This document shows, piece after piece, positions 16,259 to 24,388 of a stretch of 64,000 nt of DNA. Under the pieces are notes generated by a model, which was not told the DNA's origin, did no database searches, and saw only the letters and a list, made by a program, of their open reading frames with translations. The position numbers and the translations under genes were made by a program. Source of the stretch: a virus (lineage: Duplodnaviria > Caudoviricetes); the IMG/VR virus record IMGVR_UViG_3300045594_000145, positions 44,946 through 108,945 of that record; one strand, 5' to 3'. How positions within the stretch are numbered: position 1 is the stretch's first letter; every line of letters starts with the position of its first letter.

Positions 16259-16627
16259 TTACTTAGCGAGACTGTAAACCTTAGTCTTCTTCTCGCCGTC
16301 TGCTGAAACAGCCTTACCAGCCTTAACAAGAGCTGTTAATGCGCCGATAGCCTGAGCAGTTGTGATGTTAGCCTTAGCTGCGATATCCTTAGAACCTGCT
16401 GGTTCATCAGTCAGAACCGCAAGGACTGCGGCCCTACGAGCTTCAACTTCAGGATCAGCCTTACGGACTACTGGGTGAGCCTTACGATACTCCTTAACAT
16501 GAGCATCCTGTTCGATCTTTGCATCAACCCAAGCTGCCAGTTCAGCATCTGTATTTCCATTAGCGGTGAGGAAGTCCTTAATCATCTGTAAACCCTTAGT
16601 GTTAGTGATTTTTTCTGTCTTTTCCAT
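16259..16627 (-). CDS. C-terminal winged-HTH protein (paralog of 16853-17215)
   Basis: KADPEVEARRAAVLAVLT...KDIAAKANITTAQAIGALTALVKAG. Confidence 0.8.
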   Translation of the reverse strand: MEKTEKITNTKGLQMIKDFLTANGNTDAELAAWVDAKIEQDAHVKEYRKAHPVVRKADPEVEARRAAVLAVLTDEPAGSKDIAAKANITTAQAIGALTALVKAGKAVSADGEKKTKVYSLAK

Positions 16628-16852
16628 GATTTTCTTTTCGAGATTTTATAATCTCTTTCCCTTTCTTATAAGTACATTATACCATATAATTTTGAAATCG
16701 TCAATAATTTTTTTGTAAGATTTTTTCTTTGGGAATTTTCCCTTTCCTTACCTTACATAATAATTATAACATATTTTTTTGAGTCTGTCAACAACAATTT
16801 ATTTAAGCGATGAGAGGAAGTGCGCGCTGGGCGCACTTCCGATCAGTGAAGG

Positions 16853-17215
16853 TTAGGCATTAACCTTGTAAGTATTCGGCTTTTTGCCATTGTCGACCTT
16901 AGTGATAGAACCTGCCTTAGCAAGAGCAACCAGAGCCGCAGATGCCTGACCAGCAGTTAAGCCAGTCTTTTCAGCAACTTCCTTAGAGGTCATCTCATCA
17001 GCAGTTAGAACTGCAAGCACAGTAGCCTTTCTTGCTTCGACTTCTGGATTAGCCTTTTTAACAGCTGGGCGCGCGGCGCGTCTAGCCTTTACCTTTTCCT
17101 CAGCTTCGATTCTAGAGTCGATGAAATCAAGTAACTCCTTCTGATTCTCAACGTTTGACGCCTCAACCAAAGCCTTTACCTCTGCAAATCTCTGTTCATT
17201 AGTAACCTTTTTCAT
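16853..17215 (-). CDS. C-terminal winged-HTH protein (paralog of 16259-16627)
   Basis: KANPEVEARKATVLAVLT...KEVAEKTGLTAGQASAALVALAKAG. Confidence 0.8.
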   Translation of the reverse strand: MKKVTNEQRFAEVKALVEASNVENQKELLDFIDSRIEAEEKVKARRAARPAVKKANPEVEARKATVLAVLTADEMTSKEVAEKTGLTAGQASAALVALAKAGSITKVDNGKKPNTYKVNA

Positions 17216-17391
17216 GATGTTATTCTCCTTATTTTTTACATTTATATTATAACATAGAATTTTTAGTTTGTCTACAATGACTTTTGGGGAATTTTCATTG
17301 TTGAGTGTAATTCATAAGGTTTTTATTACCCTTCCCCTACCTTATATAAATATTATACCATAGAATGTGAAGATTGTCAACAACAACTTAA

Positions 17392-18051
17392 TCAATCCTT
17401 GTGGTGAGTCATCTTCACAGATCCGAATGGGTACTTCCCATTTACCATTGCGTAGCCGCACTGAGAACCAGCAACAGAGAGCGCAACGAATAACTCAGGA
17501 TTTTCTCTCAGTACATTCTCAAGTGCCATGCATCTGAGTTCAACATCGGTAGGTGAAGTAGGAACTGGCTTGCCCTCTGCATCTTTAGCAAGTCCGCGTC
17601 TCTTAATTTCCTTGGTAACCACCTTCGGAGTCTTATGCTTTGCTAACTTAATGGTCAGCTGCTTGCCATCTGGCAAGTTGTACTCAAGAGTTGATTCATC
17701 TTCTGCAACAAGCTCGCCGAATAAGAACTTGTATTCAGCTTCAATACGTTCCGCAATGAACTTAGTGCGGGACGCTTGATCTGCCTTAGTCTTTGCGGTT
17801 ACTTCCTTAGACACCTTGGTTGGCATTGCTAAACCAAGCAGACGAGTTGACTTATAGAATAATTCATCAACCTTCTCCTTCTTCATGCCGCAGTGGTCGA
17901 TGAGGTAAGCTTTGGTGTCTTCATCCTTGTCGCAATACTTAGTATCAAAGACATATAACTCCTGCGCCTCATCATCAGTGCATCTATAAGCCTTCTTGTA
18001 GCGCGTAATCATCTTTTCTTTCTCACTCTGGACAGTAGTGTTCTTTAACAT
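17392..18051 (-). CDS. hypothetical protein
   Basis: Own promoter and RBS; strong codon bias. Confidence 0.8.
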   Translation of the reverse strand: MLKNTTVQSEKEKMITRYKKAYRCTDDEAQELYVFDTKYCDKDEDTKAYLIDHCGMKKEKVDELFYKSTRLLGLAMPTKVSKEVTAKTKADQASRTKFIAERIEAEYKFLFGELVAEDESTLEYNLPDGKQLTIKLAKHKTPKVVTKEIKRRGLAKDAEGKPVPTSPTDVELRCMALENVLRENPELFVALSVAGSQCGYAMVNGKYPFGSVKMTHHKD

Positions 18052-18116
18052 AACTTACCCCTTTCTTATCTTACACATATATTATACCACGGAACCCTGA
18101 AGATGTCAACAATGAC

Positions 18117-18314
18117 TTACTCAGAAATTCTCTTCCAAGAGACAATCTCGCAACCGTGGAACCCATCAGTGGAGTATGAACTTGAACCCCAGATCTTAAA
18201 GCATTCTCCTTCGACCTCTGTCATGGAATTGACTTTTACAGTCACAATTTCTGCAGCATTGCGGTTCACGTAAGGAGTGTGCCGAACTGTTACTTCGTAT
18301 TTTTTATTTTCCAT
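18117..18314 (-). CDS. hypothetical protein
   Basis: Own promoter and RBS. Confidence 0.7.
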   Translation of the reverse strand: MENKKYEVTVRHTPYVNRNAAEIVTVKVNSMTEVEGECFKIWGSSSYSTDGFHGCEIVSWKRISE

Positions 18315-18685
18315 TTTTACATCTCTCTTTCTTTATATATATATTATATCATATTCTGGGGTAAAGTTCAATAGACAATTGTGAGGGAGTGTATAGTGGG
18401 ATCCTGAAAGTGAAAATTTTGACTTGTCAATAGACAGATATAGTAAAGTGTCTATTGACAGTTTACGGGATCCGTGCTTTGGGGAAATGTTGATATACAA
18501 ATTGTGTAAAATGCCTATTGACAACTCGCGAAAAGTGCCGCCGGCTAGCGGTGGCTGATTGAAAAGTCAAATAGAAAATTTTTTACATTATTTTATTTTT
18601 GTTTCTGAAAATTTTTCATTCGCCGCAACTTTCTTTACATTTCTTTCTGAAACAATTTTCATGAAAATGTAAATAAAAAGAAAGC

Positions 18686-18895
18686 TTACGCTTTCTTTTC
18701 ATATCTTTCAACGCCACGCTTCGGAGCAATTGGTTTTAACTGTACATCAAACTTTTCAAGATGAATTACCATGGTGCCTTCAGTAAAACCGTATTCCATG
18801 CCATCATCAAATTTAATGCCATTTGCTTCCAACATCTTTGAAACCATTGCCATAACTTCATTTTTTGCTACAACCTTTTCATCAACCTTTTTCAT
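18686..18895 (-). CDS. hypothetical protein (paralog of 23307-23534)
   Basis: Shared KKxDxKxVAK...DGxEYGxTxGT...DxQxKxIxPKRGVxxY. Confidence 0.85.
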   Translation of the reverse strand: MKKVDEKVVAKNEVMAMVSKMLEANGIKFDDGMEYGFTEGTMVIHLEKFDVQLKPIAPKRGVERYEKKA

Positions 18896-18955
18896 ATTCT
18901 CTCTTATCTCTCTTTCTACATATAGTATATATCAGATTGGGCGGAATGTCAAGAC

Positions 18956-19330
18956 TTATTTTTGAAATTCTTTATAAATCTTTTCAGTGCTGTTGTAAAT
19001 CTGGTCGAGTGCATTTTCCATAAATTCGCAAATCTGTTCATCAATCACTTCAGCTTCTCTTACACAATAGTTGTAAGTAAAGAGTGCCGCATGGGTTAAT
19101 TCATGCGTAATAGTCCTACGGAGTAACTGTGGTGAAAGTCCTCTTGCAATGTAAATCTCACTTGTTTCAAAATATGTAATGCCATAAGCCCCATCATCAA
19201 CAGTTGTTTCATCTGTTACCTCAGCCCTCCCAAACATGTGAGGATTTTCACGAGCCACCAATCTTACATTCCAAACAATATTACCAATAGTTACAGTGGT
19301 GGTGTCATAAATTTCATCGTTCGTTCTCAT
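18956..19330 (-). CDS. HExxH zinc metallopeptidase-like protein
   Basis: YGIT...EIYI...RRTITHELTHA...EQIC. Confidence 0.75.
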   Translation of the reverse strand: MRTNDEIYDTTTVTIGNIVWNVRLVARENPHMFGRAEVTDETTVDDGAYGITYFETSEIYIARGLSPQLLRRTITHELTHAALFTYNYCVREAEVIDEQICEFMENALDQIYNSTEKIYKEFQK

Positions 19331-19679
19331 TACCTTTTCCTCACTTTCTATAATAATTATAGCACTGAATTACAGGATTGTCAAGCACAATTTCTTTGAA
19401 ACTTTGTTTCATTCACGTCATTCCCTTCCCTCACTTTCTATAATTATTATACAGCTGAAACCTGTTACAGTCAAGTTGAAAGTTATGAAAAATTTTTTCT
19501 GAAAGACCGCCGAGAAGTTTGCAACAAGTTCCAAACCGATATGTAAATGTTACAAACATAATGTAAGATCTTACATTAGTTTTGGGAGTTTTTCATTTCA
19601 CAATGTAAAAACTTTCATTTGTGAATGTAAGCGATTTTCTCACAAGCAAAAATGCCGGTCGCCATCGGCCGGGCAATTT

Positions 19680-19913
19680 TTACCCAACCGACTGGCTATC
19701 TTTTTCGATATATAATTTTGAATCCTTATTGCACAGTGTTTGCAGATGTTCATTGATAACGAAGATACTGTTTACATCTAATGTGATCCCAGTATTTTCT
19801 TCAAACACGTCGGACTTATTCTCTGCCATTATCTGACAAAGGCGAGCTAAGGAAGCCGCAGCCTTGCTGACAGCTTCCTTTTCTTCTTCCGTAAATCTAT
19901 AAACTTCCTTCAT
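19680..19913 (-). CDS. hypothetical protein
   Basis: GAGAGGG RBS, operon position. Confidence 0.6.
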   Translation of the reverse strand: MKEVYRFTEEEKEAVSKAAASLARLCQIMAENKSDVFEENTGITLDVNSIFVINEHLQTLCNKDSKLYIEKDSQSVG

Positions 19914-19914
19914 A

Positions 19915-20673
19915 TTATACCCTCTCAAGAATCATTTCTCTATGCGTCTGTAAGTAATAATAGTCATCCTCAGTGATATTGAAATCTCTTTTCAGAGTTC
20001 TCTCAATATACTCATTGAAGTATGAGTGGTTATAAGTGATTTGGAATTCTTCATCCTCTTCAATTTCTTTCCAAGGAACGCTCGCATAATCTTCGAGGTT
20101 TTCTAATGCCCAATTTTCAGTATATCTGTACTTCATCAGGAACTGAAGAAGATATGCACTATTAACTTCTCCGGGGTTGGTTTCAATGTAATCTCTAAAC
20201 TCATAACCATATGGGCTAGTCTGGATTGCATTGACAATTCTGAAGAAGGCTTTTGGCTTGAAGTCGTTAAAGAGAAACATATCTCTAATGATGACTGCAT
20301 CGGCATTTCGGGAGACCCAACTCCAAACTGGATAGAAGCTCAAGCTAAGTTCATGAAGGACAGAGGAGAAGATAATTGCAATCTTTCCTCTGTCAAAGAA
20401 TGGGTCATCATTTACAGCTTCAACTGATGTATAGAACTCAACATTTGGGCAATTAGTTTTAAATCTCCTTGCCATTTCGGGAGAGTTGTCAATTCCTACT
20501 AACTTTTTAGAATTAATACCAACTGCAATCAGATGTTTAATTAATGTACCATCTGCACACCCAAAGTCAATGATTGTATCATATTTGGATAAGTCAATCT
20601 TGTCCAAGAAGAATAACTTCTCAGCCATGGCCGCATCCATGCGGTTTAAGTATACTTCATAATCTCTTTTCAT
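19915..20673 (-). CDS. class I SAM-dependent methyltransferase
   Basis: Motif I IIDFGCADG, acidic GID, IIFSSVLHE, VIIRD. Confidence 0.85.
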   Translation of the reverse strand: MKRDYEVYLNRMDAAMAEKLFFLDKIDLSKYDTIIDFGCADGTLIKHLIAVGINSKKLVGIDNSPEMARRFKTNCPNVEFYTSVEAVNDDPFFDRGKIAIIFSSVLHELSLSFYPVWSWVSRNADAVIIRDMFLFNDFKPKAFFRIVNAIQTSPYGYEFRDYIETNPGEVNSAYLLQFLMKYRYTENWALENLEDYASVPWKEIEEDEEFQITYNHSYFNEYIERTLKRDFNITEDDYYYLQTHREMILERV

Positions 20674-20742
20674 ATTAGTTATCCTCTTTCTTTTTGGAAG
20701 TTCTTCAAGGGAGTTGAGACTCCCTTGAGAGTTCTTTTATTC

Positions 20743-21255
20743 CTAATTTCTTTTAATTCCGAGTTGCCTTAAGGTATATGGTATACCCTCTTTCATTCCT
20801 TTGTACACCTGGGATGTCCTAGGGAACCGCGGGAACTCCATGTATTCCTCTTGATTTTTGAATAAGATGTAGATATAACACTGGTCCTTATAGATATTAT
20901 GTCTGTCTTTTACGACACAATCTACCTCATTATAGATTGATTTTGGGCCAACTATATTTGACAGATAAGCCCGTTCGACTTCATCAAGGACAAAGTTCTT
21001 TTTCTTTGGACTTTTTTTGATGACTGGCTCGAACATTTCCTCAGTAAAGTGCCACCCGTTGTCATTTTTAAAAAAATAACTTTTATCCTGAACTGCTGAA
21101 ATAATTTGGGTAGTACCACAAAAATCTAACATCTTTTTTAGGAAATAGACTTTTTCTTCTTTAATTATAATATCTCCATCATCATCTGTCCCAAATTCAT
21201 CTCTCATATCTTCCCAACTTCTTACCTTAACTTTATCTCCAACTTTAAATTTCAT
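20743..21255 (-). CDS. MKFKVGDKV-type phage protein
   Basis: Paralog of 8452-8757 at the N-terminus; C-terminal YKGMxxxxxYTLxQLG motif. Confidence 0.8.
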   Translation of the reverse strand: MKFKVGDKVKVRSWEDMRDEFGTDDDGDIIIKEEKVYFLKKMLDFCGTTQIISAVQDKSYFFKNDNGWHFTEEMFEPVIKKSPKKKNFVLDEVERAYLSNIVGPKSIYNEVDCVVKDRHNIYKDQCYIYILFKNQEEYMEFPRFPRTSQVYKGMKEGIPYTLRQLGIKRN

Positions 21256-21322
21256 ATTTTTCTTCTTTCTAATATGATTATATCATATTTTTTAAGATTT
21301 GCCAAATGACAATCTTAGAAGG

Positions 21323-21778
21323 TTACGCTTTTGCCAAACCTTTAAGGACTTCTAACATCCCGCTCGATGAATTGATTGCCTTACCAATCTGCCATTCTTG
21401 TAAATTCTTTTCTTCGTCATCAAACAGGATAGCGCCCGCTTGATTGTCTTTGAAAAATGAATTCTTTGCCGTTCCGTAAGGGACAATGTGAACTTCATCA
21501 TATGGGAAATGATGCTTCTTTAACCAATTTAACTTTACCTTTGTGACTTTGCGGTCATACTCTGGGGTACTTGTTTTCGATAACCAACTAACAATTACAA
21601 TCTTGTACCCTTGCGCTTTGAGTGTACGCACTGCCTTATTGAGGCGGCGCATATCATACTTTGGCTTTGCCTGCGTATATGGGTTAGTCTTTCCAGCTTT
21701 CAAAGATGAAAGCCAGCCTTCGACATGGTAGAACTCATTCAGAGTCCCATCCATGTCGAACACCAGTGTCTTATTCAT
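21323..21778 (-). CDS. HAD-family phosphatase (nucleotidase/PNKP-phosphatase-like)
   Basis: VFDMDGTL motif I, ILFDD motif IV. Confidence 0.85.
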   Translation of the reverse strand: MNKTLVFDMDGTLNEFYHVEGWLSSLKAGKTNPYTQAKPKYDMRRLNKAVRTLKAQGYKIVIVSWLSKTSTPEYDRKVTKVKLNWLKKHHFPYDEVHIVPYGTAKNSFFKDNQAGAILFDDEEKNLQEWQIGKAINSSSGMLEVLKGLAKA

Positions 21779-22340
21779 AGTCTTTAGTTCCTCTCTTAAT
21801 TACCCCATAGATTTTGCGATTGAATTTGACATTATCTGTGCGATATATCAACATGTATTCGTCTGTATCTCTTCTGGTTACGTACTTTTTTAGTACGCTC
21901 ATTTTGTGCGTCTGCGCATCGACTGAAGTAAGACGATTGTTTCTTAATTCAAGATTGAAGACATGCGCGCCACCTTCATCCCAAGCAATATGAATGATAT
22001 AGCGACCGCATCCATTATTGCTATGCCGCCTTGTCCATTCTGAGATTTCTCTCATATTCACAACAGGGCATCTTTCAACCTTGCCAAAGGTATTTGACCA
22101 GAGGTACAGATATTTATCCCTATCGCCTTTATATGTTTTGGCTTGAACATTGTAACCCCGTCTTAACAATTCATAGGCAAGGACGCAACGCTGACAGTTC
22201 ATAGAGTAACTGTCTGAAGAAGGCGAATAGTTGGGGTTCGCCTTTTTGATTGCCAGCTTGATTGGATAGGGTTTATGCTTTTCGCCGATTGCCTTTAAGG
22301 TAGTTTCGGGAAGTCTTGTGAAATCTTTCATAGATATCAT
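21771..22340 (-). CDS. papain-fold toxin / glutamine deamidase-like domain protein
   Basis: ANPNY..NCQRCVxAYELxRRGYxV, HVFN and DAQT: Cys-His-Asp triad. Confidence 0.75.
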   Translation of the reverse strand: MISMKDFTRLPETTLKAIGEKHKPYPIKLAIKKANPNYSPSSDSYSMNCQRCVLAYELLRRGYNVQAKTYKGDRDKYLYLWSNTFGKVERCPVVNMREISEWTRRHSNNGCGRYIIHIAWDEGGAHVFNLELRNNRLTSVDAQTHKMSVLKKYVTRRDTDEYMLIYRTDNVKFNRKIYGVIKRGTKDYE

Positions 22341-23002
22341 TCCTTTACTTTTCTATCCTTTGGGATATAGTATTGCGCGACACCCCTGTAGTGCTTTAAG
22401 ATGTAGTTGAGAATATATGCTTCGATTCTGCAATCTGCTAAGGCAGTATGCGCTTCATGGAAATTGCCATCGCCAACTAAGTAGCGGTATACATGCTCGG
22501 CATTCGTCTTCATGTTACCGATGGCAGTATAACCATCGTCACAGGAGTCGATATACTGAGCATATCCAGCTTCCTTGCATACAGTATCTTTTGCTAATTT
22601 CCAGATATCCAACATATTCTTTGCAAGAATATACTTTACATCCCTATCGTTCTCTAGCCCAAAGAACTTTGCCGTTGCTTTAATAGCACGATAATCAAAT
22701 GCCAAGTTATAAGCCGCCATTGTTTTAATCTTATTAGCCCGCTCGTCTTCGGCTAACTGGTGAACTACATTCTTGAAACGTCTACAGGCGGTATCTTGTG
22801 AGATTCTGTGCGCGACATAGAAGTCGCTTGCTTCCAATAATTCTGGGTGCTGATAATGGAACTCTGAGACTCTAAAGTCTCTTTCGCAGGTGGTATCACC
22901 ACTCTTGTCGACCATGTGCCAGCCAGCATTATGAACTAATGGAGAAGTCATAACCCCGATAGTTTCGGTGTCTAAGACTACAATATTACTTTTTACTCTC
23001 AT
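22337..23002 (-). CDS. DEDDh 3'-5' exonuclease
   Basis: ExoI LDTET, ExoII AYNLAFD, ExoIII HTALAD; start MRVKS. Confidence 0.88.
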   Translation of the reverse strand: MRVKSNIVVLDTETIGVMTSPLVHNAGWHMVDKSGDTTCERDFRVSEFHYQHPELLEASDFYVAHRISQDTACRRFKNVVHQLAEDERANKIKTMAAYNLAFDYRAIKATAKFFGLENDRDVKYILAKNMLDIWKLAKDTVCKEAGYAQYIDSCDDGYTAIGNMKTNAEHVYRYLVGDGNFHEAHTALADCRIEAYILNYILKHYRGVAQYYIPKDRKVKE

Positions 23003-23240
23003 TTTCTTCTTCCTCTTCATCCTCTGGGAAAAGTAAATAGGCTTCATTATAATCAAGATAGCTCATCCCAAAAGGAACCTCAAAATACTTAAGCGGTGGT
23101 TCACCGGAAGCCCTAAATAATGCTTCTGATGGTCTAAAATCTTCTCTAGCTTCTTCAACGGTTTTATAAATACCCTCAACCATGGTATCATTTCCGAAAC
23201 CATCAACCCAGTTAAGAACAACAATAACACTATCATCCAT
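22986..23240 (-). CDS. hypothetical protein with acidic tail
   Basis: GAGG RBS; overlaps the next gene. Confidence 0.65.
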   Translation of the reverse strand: MDDSVIVVLNWVDGFGNDTMVEGIYKTVEEAREDFRPSEALFRASGEPPLKYFEVPFGMSYLDYNEAYLLFPEDEEEEENESKK

Positions 23241-23306
23241 TTTCGTTTTCCTCTTCTACTTCATTACTTTCTTTTTTCTCTACTCGCCGAGGCGAGAGGA
23301 AGAAGC

Positions 23307-23534
23307 TTATTCAGCTTCTTCCTTAGAGTATTCATCTACTCCACGCTTAGGCGTGATAAGCTTCACCTGCATATCGCATGGTAAGTCTCCGCCCTTCTTG
23401 ATGATGAGCGTACCAGCAGTCTTGCCGTACTCTTCCCCATCTTCAACCTTTAAACCCCTTGACTCGAAGAACTCCGCAAGAACCTTGCTCATGTTCTCTT
23501 TTGCCACTGCCTTAACATCAATCTTCTTTGCCAT
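23307..23534 (-). CDS. hypothetical protein (paralog of 18686-18895)
   Basis: Start MAKKIDVK chosen by alignment to the paralog. Confidence 0.85.
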   Translation of the reverse strand: MAKKIDVKAVAKENMSKVLAEFFESRGLKVEDGEEYGKTAGTLIIKKGGDLPCDMQVKLITPKRGVDEYSKEEAE

Positions 23535-23539
23535 ATTAC

Positions 23540-23985
23540 TTGTATCTCTCTTTCTAGCGTTTTGCGCTTTTATTGGCGCCCTCTTGGGCATATGGAAGTG
23601 GCTACTTGCATAGCCACTTGTTTTCTTTACTCTTCGATAGATTGTTGCTCTTTAACGTTAGGGACTATCACCGCTAGTTCGATACTTTGATACCAATAGC
23701 TATTGCTTTCGCTTTGGGTTGGAAGGGAGAAAAATTCCTTCTTCACTGTACGGTATATCGACTTAAATGCTTGTGTTTTATAGCACCTACAATCTCGCAT
23801 TCTATCTAATTTTCAAAGGTCGCATGTCCTGCCGTTCGGTGTCAATGATGGGAACATCCCCAGCGCATTGATATTACTCCGCCACCCAGAGTTAGATATA
23901 TTTTAAATATATCATCATGTCGTTTTATAATGCCGTAGTCACGTTCTACTCGTTTTGACTGACAAGGTATTGCTACCTTGTACTT
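23540..23985 (-). ncRNA. ~450-nt structured leader / ncRNA with boxA-like motif
   Basis: 5' ACAAGGTA-GCAA-TACCTTGT hairpin, AAGTGGCTA/TAGCCACTT stem, CCTTTGAAAATTAGATA at 23803-23819. Confidence 0.5.
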
Positions 23986-23987
23986 AT

Positions 23988-24209
23988 ATATTAGCATAGC
24001 GTTTTCGCTATGTCAATACCTTTTTGAAGAAACTTTTTTCAAGGTTTCAAGCGTTGCCGCTTGTTACTTTGTACCCTTATTTTAATTCATTGCGTTTCCT
24101 TTGTCAAGGGGTTTTTGAAACTTTTTTTACAAAGTTTTGAGGGCTTGCGTTTCCGGTTGCCCTTGTTACTTTGTACCCTCATTCTATCCCCGCCCGCCTA
24201 CAATGTCAA
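23988..24209 (-). promoter_or_regulatory. three tandem sigmaA promoters firing leftward
   Basis: TTGACA-17-TAATAT (23988-24016), TTGACA-17-TAAAAT (24079-24107), TTGACA-17-TAGAAT (24181-24209); the latter two are followed by an identical AGGGTACAAAGTAACAAG. Confidence 0.85.
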
Positions 24210-24332
24210 GGGGTTTTGTGAATGTAAATTTTTTCATTTCGGGATGAAAAAATTTTCAGGGGTACCATTTTTTTGGCTGGCCAACAAAGTACGCAACCCC
24301 ACTTTTAATTTTACGAAACGATAAAAAATCCC

Positions 24333-24361
24333 TTGACAAATTTTAAAAAATAATCTATAAT
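24333..24361 (+). promoter_or_regulatory. sigmaA promoter of the terminase operon
   Basis: TTGACA-17-TATAAT exact; AGGAGG RBS follows. Confidence 0.85.
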
Positions 24362-24388
24362 GTATTTAGGAGGAATTAAAATATCTTT

